A stretch of 64,000 nucleotides of DNA from Gemmatimonas sp. GTDB lineage: Bacteria > Gemmatimonadota > Gemmatimonadetes > Gemmatimonadales > Gemmatimonadaceae. A program made the position numbers and the translations under genes. Each line of letters begins with the position of its first letter. The stretch's first letter is position 1. Location: contig OZ257156.1 of NCBI GenBank assembly GCA_965279375.1, positions 4,992,001 through 5,056,000 on the forward strand, given 5' to 3'. Of this stretch, positions 50,934 to 61,433 are shown one piece after another. The notes below the pieces were generated by a model that saw only the letters and a list, made by a program, of their open reading frames with translations, was not told where the DNA came from and did no database searches.

Positions 50934-53900
50934 TCAGTAGAAGTAGAAGAATTCACCGCCCGACTGCCCCATGCGCATGAGCTCGAGATTGCGCGGCTCC
51001 AGCATGTTGCCGATGTACGACGGCAGCACCCGGATCTGTCCCTTGGTCAGCATTGCCTTGGCGCTTGGCGCCGCCTGCAGCAGGTAGCCGATCGCGGTCA
51101 TGCGTGCGGCAACCAGTCGTTGCTGCGCCGACGACCTGTCGTACTCCTTCGGGAGCGCCGCGAGATACTTCGCCGCAGGCGTCCAGAGCGAGTCCACCAG
51201 TCGCGTGTAGCGACGGCTCATAGTGGCCAGACTGTCTGCCTGCTTGCGGCTCAGATGCAGATCCGACTCGGCGGATAGCAGCATCGCCATCGGGTTGGGA
51301 AAGATGCCGGCAGAGTACTGGCGCACCTGCGGCTCGGTCATCTTGACTCCAGAGCGCGAACGCCCACGGTCGAGTGCGAGACGCAAATTCTGCCAGTCGC
51401 GCGTGGGGGCAAGGTCCACGGCCATCTGCATGGTGACCACGACTGGCGTGCGCGTCAGCATCTGCGTGGCGCGCGTTGAGCCGAATCGCTGATTGACTTC
51501 GTACTGATAGCGCTTGTTGCTCGCATCGAATCCGCGCAGGAACAGCAGCGACTGATCGAGCACCGGTGCCTGCCCCCAGCCACGCAGCTTGCTGTCACCG
51601 TGCAGCAGCAGATCGGCGGCACCGATCGGATTGGAAACGGTAAACGACAGCGTCGTGCGCTGCGGAAGGCGAATGCGTGCCGGATTGAGCTGAATGCGGA
51701 GCGTCGAATTGCCGGACGTCCATGGACCAACGCAGCTGTTGCGTGAGGCGAGCTGTCCGAGCTGCCGCCGCAGGCAGTCTTTCGCAGCGGATGAGCCCGT
51801 GTTCAGCAGCGACTGCATCGCGCTTGTCAGCACGGGATCGGCATTCTGCGCGGGATCGAAGACGAATGCGCGATCGTTGCTGCGACCGTCGCCGTTCACG
51901 TCTCCGGCGATCACCGGCGTGAAGCGACTGCCCGAGGTGAGGCGACCGTTCCAGCTCAGCGTGGCGAAGTTCCGGAAGTTGTACGACAGCGTGTAGCTGA
52001 TATCGTGTCGTGGGGCGGAGCCAGTCGTGTTGGCGATGCCAAATGGATCGCCGACGGTGCTCGTGAAGCCGCGGAACTGCTCGTTCACATTGAGATAGGC
52101 ATACTGCAGGTTCCAGCGAATCTTGGGCAGCGTGATCGTGAACGGTGCGAGCGTCACGCTCACCTGACGGGACTGTGAGTGCAGGTTCGACTGCTGCGAC
52201 GACACGACATTGAAGAGCGGTGACACGCGTGCATCACGTGATGCGATCAGACCGGAGCGTGGATCGATGCTGCCCGGCTGCACGAACACCGGACGCCCGC
52301 CTTCCGTGGCCAGCGTGAACTGTTGCTGTGGCCGGAAATTCAGATCGAGCGCGTCGGCCTGATTGAGGTTGTATGAATACGTGCCATTCACCTGAAGGCT
52401 GAACCGGTTGTCGAGCACGTTTCCGCTCCAGCTCAGATTGCCGCGCAGACTCTTTTCCTGCTTATAGTTGGGCGAGAAGAGCGTGACCGATGGCAGTCCG
52501 TTGGCGAAGACCGTTCCGCCGGTTCCGTTGGCGCATTGCGTCGGTACAGCGCCGGCATCAGCGCGCAGCACGTCCCAATCCACGATCGGCGTCGCCGAAC
52601 CGGTGCAGGTGAGCTGTTGTGCGGAGCCCGGCAGTCCTGTGTTGGCGATTGCACCCGTCACCAGATCAGGGCCGCGCATGTTCTGGAAGACACCAACTCC
52701 GCCGCGAATGGTCGCTCGCGGACCGGCAAAGAATCCGTCGCTGAAGGCGATTTGCGACGCTTTGCCGTAAAGCCATGAGAAGCCGACGCGCGGGCTGAAG
52801 TACAGTTTGTTGGGCACGTTCGTGTTGGCGATGCCGAACGTTTCGCGCACCAACGGGTTGTCGTTGGGCGTGCTGAGAAACCGGTTGCCATCCACTCGCA
52901 CGCCGTACTGCACCTGTATGTCCTGGCTCGGCCGCCACGCGTCACCCAGTGCGATTGCGCCAACCAACGCCGAGCCCGAGCGATTCACGGGGTTGAGCAC
53001 GCGCGAATATGACGACGGCTGCTCGGCCTCGAGATCGGCAAGCGACTGATACGTGTAGCGTCCTAGCAAGTTGAACGCTTGCTCGGTGGACGAACGATCG
53101 ACGCGCAGCTCGGTGATGAGCTTGATTCGATGGCGGTTGTTGCTGCTGAACCACGACAGCATGTTGCGCCCGGAGAGACTGGCGCTGCGGTTACTGCTCG
53201 CATTCGCGCTTCCACCAAAGGCCAGCGAACGCGCCGTGGCTGTCCCATCAGCCAGCGACGACGTGACCAACACGGTGCCGCCCGGGAGCGCGAGATAGGG
53301 ATCGCTCTGGAATCGCGAGCCGGAGAGACTCACCATCGACTCGGTCAGCACACCCGAACCGAAGTAGTTGGTGTGACGCAGCTGCGTGCCGCCACTCATG
53401 TTGCGCGACTCGGCGAGTGAAGCGGGCGTTTGCGAGGCCATCTGTGCGCCCTGCGGCCCAGCGGAACTGAACGATCCGTTGAACGCGATGTTGAACGCTT
53501 GCCCGCTGCTGGCGGACTTGGGTGCCCAATCGAAGGTGCCTAGCAGCGAGGCGGAGGTGCGCGGCGAGTTGTCCCCCAACGCGCTCGTGGTGGCTGGCAC
53601 ACCTAGCCGCCCGAGGATGGAGCGCAGTCGCGCAACGGAGTCCGCGGCAATGCCCGCGCTCTGGAAGACCACCGGCGTGCTCGAGATGAGCGTGGCCAGG
53701 TTCTGCGATCGACGGTCGAACTGAAAGGAGACGTTGTAGAAATCCTTGTCGAGGACGATCGGCCCCGAAGTCCGTCCACCGATCGAGATGTTGCTGTACT
53801 CCGATGCACGACCAACCCGGTCGTTCCACTGGGCCTGCGGCGCATTGAAGACGCCGCTGGCCGAGCGCGCGATGTAGTTGGTGCCGGACTGCGTGCCGAT

Positions 53901-54698
53901 GTTCACCTGGGCGCCGCTGAAGCCGCCGTTGGCGACGTCGTAGCCCGTGCGGATCTGCGTGCTGACATTGGCGTCGCGCGGAATACTGGAGAGCCCCGAC
54001 TGCTGACCATTGATGGACGAATTGTTCTGCGCACCATCGAGCCCGAAGATGGAAAAGCGATCGGGGTTGCCGTCGATGCCTGGTATCAGTTGAACGCCGG
54101 GGATCGAGCTGGCCATCGCCGCGAGATTACCGGCCTGCTCTGGCGAGAGGCGCGTGCTGCCGAGGCTGTTGTCGACGCCGGCGACGTCCTGTGATCGGTT
54201 CGAGTCGTTGCGCCCGGGGGCTTCCTTGGGGCCGTTGGCCGCCACATTCACCGTCGCGAGCGTCTGGGCGTTCGACAGCCGCATGTCGGCCAACAGGACC
54301 TCCTCGTCCGCGACGCGCTTGATCTCGATTCGCCTTGGTTGATAACCCAGCGCTGCATACGAGACCCAATAGTCTCCTTCGCCATTCGGGAAGGTGACAC
54401 TGAATCGGCCATTCTTGTCCGTGCGGGCGGCTTTGGTGATCCCCCCGAAGTACGACACGATCGAAATCTGTACGTTGAGGATCGGCTGACTGTCGGGGCC
54501 CGTAACGCGACCGCGAATGATGTCCGCCGTCTGCTGCGCGGCGAGTGGGCGGGCCGCCGGCGTGAGCGCCACAACCGCTGCCGCGAGGAAGACGGCGGCG
54601 AGCACCGCAGTCGACCGACTTACCAACCGTTGCAGTGGTGAGAGCCGGCGGACGCCATGGGCGCGCGCCTGCCGAAGCCGGAGAGGTACTGAATTCAT
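50934..54698 (-). CDS. TonB-dependent-receptor-like (Oar-type) protein with N-terminal carboxypeptidase-regulatory-like domain
   Basis: IRGRVTGP..TDKNGRF..ALGYQP; plug YDVANGGFSGAQVNIGT.SGTN; SPRVGFSW, IRGGVGVF barrel motifs. Confidence 0.85.
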   Translation of the reverse strand: MNSVPLRLRQARAHGVRRLSPLQRLVSRSTAVLAAVFLAAAVVALTPAARPLAAQQTADIIRGRVTGPDSQPILNVQISIVSYFGGITKAARTDKNGRFSVTFPNGEGDYWVSYAALGYQPRRIEIKRVADEEVLLADMRLSNAQTLATVNVAANGPKEAPGRNDSNRSQDVAGVDNSLGSTRLSPEQAGNLAAMASSIPGVQLIPGIDGNPDRFSIFGLDGAQNNSSINGQQSGLSSIPRDANVSTQIRTGYDVANGGFSGAQVNIGTQSGTNYIARSASGVFNAPQAQWNDRVGRASEYSNISIGGRTSGPIVLDKDFYNVSFQFDRRSQNLATLISSTPVVFQSAGIAADSVARLRSILGRLGVPATTSALGDNSPRTSASLLGTFDWAPKSASSGQAFNIAFNGSFSSAGPQGAQMASQTPASLAESRNMSGGTQLRHTNYFGSGVLTESMVSLSGSRFQSDPYLALPGGTVLVTSSLADGTATARSLAFGGSANASSNRSASLSGRNMLSWFSSNNRHRIKLITELRVDRSSTEQAFNLLGRYTYQSLADLEAEQPSSYSRVLNPVNRSGSALVGAIALGDAWRPSQDIQVQYGVRVDGNRFLSTPNDNPLVRETFGIANTNVPNKLYFSPRVGFSWLYGKASQIAFSDGFFAGPRATIRGGVGVFQNMRGPDLVTGAIANTGLPGSAQQLTCTGSATPIVDWDVLRADAGAVPTQCANGTGGTVFANGLPSVTLFSPNYKQEKSLRGNLSWSGNVLDNRFSLQVNGTYSYNLNQADALDLNFRPQQQFTLATEGGRPVFVQPGSIDPRSGLIASRDARVSPLFNVVSSQQSNLHSQSRQVSVTLAPFTITLPKIRWNLQYAYLNVNEQFRGFTSTVGDPFGIANTTGSAPRHDISYTLSYNFRNFATLSWNGRLTSGSRFTPVIAGDVNGDGRSNDRAFVFDPAQNADPVLTSAMQSLLNTGSSAAKDCLRRQLGQLASRNSCVGPWTSGNSTLRIQLNPARIRLPQRTTLSFTVSNPIGAADLLLHGDSKLRGWGQAPVLDQSLLFLRGFDASNKRYQYEVNQRFGSTRATQMLTRTPVVVTMQMAVDLAPTRDWQNLRLALDRGRSRSGVKMTEPQVRQYSAGIFPNPMAMLLSAESDLHLSRKQADSLATMSRRYTRLVDSLWTPAAKYLAALPKEYDRSSAQQRLVAARMTAIGYLLQAAPSAKAMLTKGQIRVLPSYIGNMLEPRNLELMRMGQSGGEFFYFY

Positions 54699-54831
54699 GG
54701 CATTTGCTCGCGTGCGCGGGGGAGACGTGAGGTGCCGCCAATGCATTTCGGTGATGCGTACCACAGTGTACGACGCGGGTTCCGTTAGGATTCGATTACG
54801 AACGTCCCGTCCCAGCGAGTTCCGGACACAC

Positions 54832-54872
54832 AAAGAAAAGACGGTCACCCGCATCGGGTGACCGTCTCTCTC
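54832..54872 (-). terminator. intrinsic terminator after the KGG gene
   Basis: agacggtcacccg-cat-cgggtgaccgtct stem with aaagaaa on the plus strand. Confidence 0.8.
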
Positions 54873-54942
54873 TCGCTACGCCACGCGAAAAGCGAGGCGG
54901 TAACGCGTGGTTAGCGCAGAATCACGCGCCAACCAGTTGTAT

Positions 54943-55317
54943 TCAACGGGTCGCGTTCGGCCCGTTCGTCTGCGGCGCGATGGTACGTGGCGCGTCGGCA
55001 CGAACACCCACGCGACGCAGATCCGCGATACCCTCACGAGACATCGGCAGCGGAACCTCGCGCTCAGTCAGGCGAAGCTGACGCGCTTCGCGAGCCGCTG
55101 CACTGCGAGACTCACCACCTTCCCGTCCGATCGCGGCCATGTGGGCCCGATCCTGACTGACGGTCACGCCGCCCTTCCGTCCTGCATTGCGGGCCTCGTC
55201 AGACGACCACTCGTGCGCCGTGCCCTTCTCGTGCGCCGCGCGGCCTCCCTTGCTCGCAATTTCCTTCTGTCGTGCGGGATCCATGGACGCGAATCCGCGT
55301 CGGCTCTTTCCGGTCAT
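54943..55317 (-). CDS. KGG-repeat general stress protein (YciG/GsiB-like)
   Basis: RGFASMDPARQKEIASKGG..AHEWSSDEARNAGRKGG..HMAAIGREGG. Confidence 0.9.
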   Translation of the reverse strand: MTGKSRRGFASMDPARQKEIASKGGRAAHEKGTAHEWSSDEARNAGRKGGVTVSQDRAHMAAIGREGGESRSAAAREARQLRLTEREVPLPMSREGIADLRRVGVRADAPRTIAPQTNGPNATR

Positions 55318-55519
55318 TTGCCCCCCGGCTCCGGACGTGTACCAACAACCTGCGTTCACGGGGGATAAGCGGCCATGGGCCATTCCATCCCGCGAGAAAC
55401 GCCGAGCTTCACACTCCTCAGTCTGCAAACATCGGACCGTTCCATTTGGCTGGAATACGAACATGCTGAGCCGGGCCTGAGCCAGTCCAGCCGCACTCGA
55501 CGGGCCTATATTGCGCGCC

Positions 55520-56458
55520 ATGCCGCTTCTCGTCCGCTTTCTTGGTACCGCCGCGTCCCGCCCCACAGTCGAACGCGCCGTCAGCTCGCTCGCCATCATT
55601 CGAGAAGGCGACACGTTTCTGATTGATTGTGGCGAAGGGACCCAGCGGCAGATGATGCGCTACGGCATCTCGTTTTCGTTCAGTGATCTGTTCTTCACGC
55701 ACACCCACTCCGACCACATCCTTGGGCTGACTGGGCTGCTCCGAACCCTCCAGCTGCAGGGCCGCACCGAGCCGCTGCGCCTCTGGGGGCCGCCGGGCGC
55801 AAGCAGAACGTTGCGTCAATGCATCAGTCTGGGTGGCGAACGTACGACGTTCGACGTCACAATGACCGAACTAGAGCCGGGCTCTTCTGTCAAGCGCGGG
55901 GACTACCGGTTCGACACCTTCGCCGTCGACCACCGCGGCTGCTCGTCCATCGGATACGCCTTGGTGGAAGAAGAGCGGCTCGGTCGATTCAATCCCGAGT
56001 TGGCTCGTTCGCTCGGCATCCCCGAAGGCCCGCTCTGGGGGCGTATCCACAAAGGCGAAGCGATCACGCTCGACGATGGTCGGGTGATCGAGGCTTCGGT
56101 GCTGGTGGGCGAGCGCCGCCGCGGCCGTCGCATTGTCGTCACTGGGGATACACGCCCCTGCGAGGCAACCGTGGAGGCGTCACGCGACGCGGATCTGCTC
56201 ATTCATGAAGCAACCTTTGCCGATGAAGAAGCAGCCCGAGCGCTGGAGACGGGTCATAGCACGGCGCGTGAAGCCGCCGAGGTCGCGAAGAAGGCGGGCG
56301 CGCGTCGTCTGCTGCTGACGCACATCTCGGCGCGGTACTCGCGCGACGCACACGAGCTCGAGCGTGAAGCGAAGCAGGTGTTCGCCAACACGAGTACCGC
56401 GCGGGACGGGACGGAGGTCGAGTTGGGGCTGACGGAGGAGACGGTCGGGGTCGAGTAG
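55520..56458 (+). CDS. rnz: ribonuclease Z
   Basis: FLGTAASRPT, DCGEGTQRQM, THTHSDH, GP exosite GIPEGP, TGDTRP, HEATF, GHST, THISARY. Confidence 0.96.
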   Translation: MPLLVRFLGTAASRPTVERAVSSLAIIREGDTFLIDCGEGTQRQMMRYGISFSFSDLFFTHTHSDHILGLTGLLRTLQLQGRTEPLRLWGPPGASRTLRQCISLGGERTTFDVTMTELEPGSSVKRGDYRFDTFAVDHRGCSSIGYALVEEERLGRFNPELARSLGIPEGPLWGRIHKGEAITLDDGRVIEASVLVGERRRGRRIVVTGDTRPCEATVEASRDADLLIHEATFADEEAARALETGHSTAREAAEVAKKAGARRLLLTHISARYSRDAHELEREAKQVFANTSTARDGTEVELGLTEETVGVE

Positions 56459-56498
56459 GGTGTGGCACGGGGGCAACAGGCCACTGGACGCGACTGGA

Positions 56499-58904
56499 TC
56501 AGTCGCCCGTGAATAGCGAATCGGGTGGCCGGACGATCAGACCCGGGACGACGGCTTCCAGTGCTGGCGTGAAGAGCGGGAGTTGGGAGTCGTCGGCGAA
56601 GAGCGTGGCGAAGTCTTCATCCGTGAACGCCGTGGCGAGACGGGTGGCGAAGGTTCGACGGAGCAGAGCGACGTAATAGTCCGCGTCGTAGTCGCGGGGA
56701 TCCGCGGCAGCGTCCGGTGTGTCGTCGTCGCCGGTCAGAAGGACTGCTCCTCCGGCCGTGGTGCGATAGACGTGCACGCGCTCGCCTACCCGCCAGCTCG
56801 TGCGCCCCGACGTGAGCAACGCTTCATAGACGTGCTCACGACGCGTGGCACGGCTGGCAGCATAGCGTTCCGCTGTGCGCGTGAGTCGCACGCGTGAAGT
56901 GACCTGGACGGTCGGCATCGCACGGGTGCGCAGCGCGCGAACCGTCTCCAGGTACGCCGCGCGCACGCCGAGCACATCACCGCGGAGGAGCGCCGTGATC
57001 GCCGCGCGCAGAAACGCCTCGCCAAAGGGCTCCGCGCGACTCGAGCGAAAGGCAACGCCGCGCAGCACCAGCGCGCCGTCGTAGCCCAGCAACGCGTAAT
57101 TCTTGGGCTGATGCGACAGCATCGCCGCGTAGCGCCCTTCGAACTCCAGCTGCACGAGAGGCGGCAGGAGCGCGGCCACTTCACCGACGACGCGGCGCTC
57201 ATCGGTTTCGCTCCAGTGCGCCGGCACCGCGAAGTACACGCCGTCGGTGTCGGCTTCGAGCAGCGTCACGCCGCGAGCGGCGAGCTCGCGACACATCATC
57301 TCCAACGTCTCGCGACCGCGCCGTGTGACTTCGTTGGCCGCATGTACATCCGCAAAGCGCGTGAGCCCTTCACCGGCCGCGAGATAGCCGTAGGCGGAAT
57401 TGACCACGAGCTTCATCGCCGCCGAGAGCGCGTCATGCGTGTGGCGTTCGGCAGAGCCCGCGGGCGCGCGTCGACCGGCGGCCTTTGCGGCGAGTCGCTG
57501 TTCCACCAGGCGATCGACCAAGGCAAGCAGCGCACCCAGCCGATCGCGCGAGGGCCCGATGCGGAAGGCGCGCATGAGTGATGGATACAGGCTGGCCACG
57601 TCGGCTTTAACGACGCGCTGCGCGACACCGGTGGCGAAGAGATGGAGCGCGGCGCCGGTATGTACGGTGCCGTCCCCCGGCGCGTGGGCGGGGATGGCCA
57701 TTCCTGCACGCAAGTATGCGCGCACCAGCAGCGGATCGATCACGCCGGTCGCGGCGCCAGCATCGGCCAGTCGCTCGTAGCGACGTGGCGCCATACGCGC
57801 GAGCGCGAATGCCGCGCCGCCAAGCAATCGCGCGAGTGCGGCGACCTCCTCCACGTCCGCCGTCGCGTACCGTCGAACGCGATCGGGATCCGTACGATAC
57901 ACGGTGGCGATCTGATCGCCGGGAATGAGTTCGCGCGCGGGACCGGCGATGCCGAAGTGTCGCGCCACGGCCTTGAGCCCGTGGCCGGGAAGATCTCGCG
58001 CAGAAAAGTCGTAGCGACGCACCGCGTCGAGCGTGTCGATCAATTCCCGCCCCGGCGCGATGAAGCGCACACGCCGACTCGCATCGAACGAACTCACGGC
58101 GCCACGAAGCGCCGCACGTTGCGACAACGTTCGCGAGGCGACGCGACCCAATGACAGCGACACCCCCAACTTGCGCGCGCGACGATCGAGAAACGGCAAA
58201 TCGAAGCCGTGCAGGTTGTGGTTCTCGATGACATCGGGATCGGCGCGCTGAACGACATCGACGAGCTGCCGTATCAGCGCGACCTCCCCCGCATCGTTGT
58301 CCGACGGCGCCTCCAGCAGTTGCGTGCGACCATCAGGCGTGCGTACCGCAATCATGAAAATGCGATCGTGTTCGGCGTCGAGCCCAGTGGTCTCGAGATC
58401 GAACTGCAGCCGATGCAAATCATCGAACGTGAGGCCGCCAAAGTACGTGCGACCCGTCGCGACGAGATACTGCTCCTCCGCCGGCAAGGTGAACACCGCA
58501 TCCGACGGCAAGTCGCGCACATGATTGATGCGCTGGCCAAGTCGCTTGCATGCGCCACGCAACACCGCGTCCTGCAGCGTGCTCACGCGCTCGGCGCTCA
58601 CCAGGAACCGCAGCGCCCCGGGACCGTCCAGCTCACGGTAGGCGACGGTTGCATTGTTCGTCGTCGCGGTCGATACCGTCTCGCTTGCCGTCTCGCTCTC
58701 GGCGACGAGCTGCGGTCCCAGATGCGTCAGGTCGTCGAGCGAATCGAGCAGCATCCACGGACGAAAGCGCGCGTCTTCGCGGATAACCGTAGACGCGCCT
58801 GCCTCTCGCCGCCACAGCTGTACGACGCCATCGCCCGTGGCCCACACGGACACGATGCCGGGCGTGGGATCCCATCCCCACAGCCACTCATCTTCGTTGC
58901 GCAT
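56499..58904 (-). CDS. family B DNA polymerase with 3'-5' exonuclease
   Basis: ExoI FDLETTG, ExoII HNLHGFDLPFL, ExoIII YATAD; Pol A DVASLYPS, B KLVVNSAYG, C ADTDG. Confidence 0.93.
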   Translation of the reverse strand: MRNEDEWLWGWDPTPGIVSVWATGDGVVQLWRREAGASTVIREDARFRPWMLLDSLDDLTHLGPQLVAESETASETVSTATTNNATVAYRELDGPGALRFLVSAERVSTLQDAVLRGACKRLGQRINHVRDLPSDAVFTLPAEEQYLVATGRTYFGGLTFDDLHRLQFDLETTGLDAEHDRIFMIAVRTPDGRTQLLEAPSDNDAGEVALIRQLVDVVQRADPDVIENHNLHGFDLPFLDRRARKLGVSLSLGRVASRTLSQRAALRGAVSSFDASRRVRFIAPGRELIDTLDAVRRYDFSARDLPGHGLKAVARHFGIAGPARELIPGDQIATVYRTDPDRVRRYATADVEEVAALARLLGGAAFALARMAPRRYERLADAGAATGVIDPLLVRAYLRAGMAIPAHAPGDGTVHTGAALHLFATGVAQRVVKADVASLYPSLMRAFRIGPSRDRLGALLALVDRLVEQRLAAKAAGRRAPAGSAERHTHDALSAAMKLVVNSAYGYLAAGEGLTRFADVHAANEVTRRGRETLEMMCRELAARGVTLLEADTDGVYFAVPAHWSETDERRVVGEVAALLPPLVQLEFEGRYAAMLSHQPKNYALLGYDGALVLRGVAFRSSRAEPFGEAFLRAAITALLRGDVLGVRAAYLETVRALRTRAMPTVQVTSRVRLTRTAERYAASRATRREHVYEALLTSGRTSWRVGERVHVYRTTAGGAVLLTGDDDTPDAAADPRDYDADYYVALLRRTFATRLATAFTDEDFATLFADDSQLPLFTPALEAVVPGLIVRPPDSLFTGD

Positions 58905-58916
58905 GGCAGGCAGCGC

Positions 58917-60182
58917 TCAGGCCGTGCGAACTTCCGGCTGCAGTTGGCGCAGGCGACGCAGGGCGGGATTACGCCACGCGACCACGCTGACCACAACCAG
59001 CGTTGCCAAGCCACCCAACACGACGCTCGGCACCGTGCCAAGCGCTTTCGCCGCAGCGCCGGATTCAATGGCGCCAATCTCGTTGGACGAACCGATGAAG
59101 ATCTGGTTCACCGCCGACACACGACCGAGCAGACTTTCAGGAGTACGCGACTGCAGCATCACACTGCGAATCACCACACTCACCATGTCGAACGCACCGC
59201 TGAGTACGAGCGCGGCCACCGACAACCACAGCGTGGTGCTCAGGCCAAAGCCAATCATGCATGCCCCAAAGCCAGTGACGGCAATGAGCAGATTGCGGCC
59301 GGTGCGCGCGAACGGCGGCCAGCGGGTGAGCGCGATGCTGGTGAGCAACGCACCGACCGCAGGCGCGGCGCGCAGGATGCCCAACCCGGTCGGGCCGACG
59401 TGCAGAATCTCTGCCGCAAACACCGGCAACAGCGCCGTCGCACCGCCAAACAGCACCGAGAACAGATCGAGCGTGAGCGCACTGAGCAGCATTGGCTCGC
59501 CAAAAACGAAGCGCAGTCCTCCGGTAAGCGACGTGAGGATTGGCTCGTTGCTGACCTCACGCACTGGCGATTTGTGTCGTACGGCGAACATCAGCGCCAC
59601 GGCCACGGTCATGAGCACGACGTCCACCGCGTAACCCAGCGTAGTGCCACCGATGGCGTACAGGACTCCGCCGAGCGCGGGTCCGGCCACAGCGGCCATC
59701 TGCCAACTACCGGTGCGCCACGTGACGGAGTTGGTGAAGATCGCGCGTGGGACGAGTTCCGCGCTGAGTGCCTGTCGCGCAGGCTGCAGGAACGCGCGGG
59801 CCACACCGCTCACCACAATCACGAGGTAGATGGCGTTGACGCGCGGGCGAACGCTCATCGCGTTGCCCATCGGCAGGTCGTGTGCGAGCAGCCAGAGGGC
59901 GACGGAGCAGATCACGAGTATCGCGAGCGCGAAGATCGCGATGCGGCGCCTGTCGTGCGTGTCGGCGACATGCCCTGAGAAGAGCGACATGCTGATCGCG
60001 GGCAATGCTTCGGCGAGACCAACCAGGCCCAGCGCCAGTGGATCTTTGGTGAGGTCGTAGATCTGCCATCCCACCACCGTCCCTTGGATTTGGAGGCCGA
60101 GGGTCAGCGTGAAGAGGGCGATGATGTAGCGACGGAAATTCGGAATGCGAAGTGCGGCGTACGGATCAGCGGTGCTGGACAT
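58917..60182 (-). CDS. MFS transporter (EntS/DHA3-like)
   Basis: Multi-TM; GHVADTHDRRR, TLDLFSVLFGGATALLP, TPESLLGRV, GSSNEIG. Confidence 0.92.
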   Translation of the reverse strand: MSSTADPYAALRIPNFRRYIIALFTLTLGLQIQGTVVGWQIYDLTKDPLALGLVGLAEALPAISMSLFSGHVADTHDRRRIAIFALAILVICSVALWLLAHDLPMGNAMSVRPRVNAIYLVIVVSGVARAFLQPARQALSAELVPRAIFTNSVTWRTGSWQMAAVAGPALGGVLYAIGGTTLGYAVDVVLMTVAVALMFAVRHKSPVREVSNEPILTSLTGGLRFVFGEPMLLSALTLDLFSVLFGGATALLPVFAAEILHVGPTGLGILRAAPAVGALLTSIALTRWPPFARTGRNLLIAVTGFGACMIGFGLSTTLWLSVAALVLSGAFDMVSVVIRSVMLQSRTPESLLGRVSAVNQIFIGSSNEIGAIESGAAAKALGTVPSVVLGGLATLVVVSVVAWRNPALRRLRQLQPEVRTA

Positions 60183-60192
60183 CAAATGGACA

Positions 60193-61419
60193 TCAATGCG
60201 TGGAGCGGAAGACCGCTTGACGGAGGCGCACTGATGGCGCGATCGATCGCCGGCGCGAGGGGGCACGGTATCGGGCGCGCTGCGCAACGCCATCGAGCGT
60301 GGCAGAGGCATCGAAGGCGCGCCCGAGTGCGTCGCGTACGGTGGCCGATACGGGCGGCTTGTCGAGCGCGATGAGCTGATACGCGGGCGCGGCGACGGTT
60401 GCGATAGGCCAGTCGCGCGATCCCAGTGCGCTCCGACCCGAGAGCATGAGCGCCAGCGATTCGCCATCGCTCGACGGACGCGCGGCAACGTCGTAGTCAC
60501 CGCGAGTCCACTGCACGCGGCTGGAATCCTTGGCCCACTCGGGAAGCGTGGCGCGCACTGCCGTCCACCAATTCGGTGCGGCAATGCTGATGGGCGGCAA
60601 GTAAATCGCGAGGGCCTCGCCGTCGGCGCTGGCACCCGGCACGAGGAACGCCACCGCCGGAGCACGGCTGCTGTCGGTCAGCCCAAAGCTGGTGGAGTCG
60701 AAACGGAAGCTGTCGAGCGCCTCGCGGGCGAGCTCTGCGCGATCGTCGCTGACGTTGCGGACCGAGTCGAGCAACTGTGCCAACGACGCACGAGCGGCAG
60801 CGGTTACGCGCGTCGCTTCGGCCTCGCCAACCAGCGCGGCGAGCGTGGCCAACTGGCCCGTGCGCACATCGACCACGGCGCGACGTCCCACGTGGCGGTG
60901 CGTTTCGCCACCATCTACGTCGATGTCGAGCAGCTGACGGAAGGTCAGCCACGGTCCGTGCACGTCCACGATCTCGATCTCTTCACGCACGATGGTCAGT
61001 GGATCTTCCGGCGCTTCCTCGTCGTCGGGGTCGATGGGCGCGGCGGTGGGATGGCGCTTTTTCCAACTGGACGCCTCGCGCAGCACGGTGCTGTCGCTGA
61101 AGAGCGAGAGCGAGTCCTTCTGGGTGAGCTCGCGTGACCAGATGCGCGAGGATCCGAACGACGCGTCCTCGTACTCCACGCCGTCTTCCGAGATGAATAC
61201 CTCGTAGAACTTGCCGTCCGCCTGCGTGAGCAGGATGGGCGCACTGCGCACGCGCATGCCGTCTGCGCCGCTTCGCACCCAGTACGTGGAGTCACCTGCG
61301 GCAAAGAGAAATTCCGCGGCCGGCGGCACGCGCCCGGGCGCGCGACGTCCATCGCACGCAAGCGCGCTGACGCCCACGAGCGCAACGATCGCGCCCGTCA
61401 GTAGCGCACGATACGACAC
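60193..61419 (-). CDS. hypothetical lipoprotein
   Basis: GTG start, lipobox-like SALAC; 10-14 nt gaps to both neighbours. Confidence 0.7.
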   Translation of the reverse strand: MSYRALLTGAIVALVGVSALACDGRRAPGRVPPAAEFLFAAGDSTYWVRSGADGMRVRSAPILLTQADGKFYEVFISEDGVEYEDASFGSSRIWSRELTQKDSLSLFSDSTVLREASSWKKRHPTAAPIDPDDEEAPEDPLTIVREEIEIVDVHGPWLTFRQLLDIDVDGGETHRHVGRRAVVDVRTGQLATLAALVGEAEATRVTAAARASLAQLLDSVRNVSDDRAELAREALDSFRFDSTSFGLTDSSRAPAVAFLVPGASADGEALAIYLPPISIAAPNWWTAVRATLPEWAKDSSRVQWTRGDYDVAARPSSDGESLALMLSGRSALGSRDWPIATVAAPAYQLIALDKPPVSATVRDALGRAFDASATLDGVAQRARYRAPSRRRSIAPSVRLRQAVFRSTH

Positions 61420-61433
61420 CGGTCGCAGGAGGC

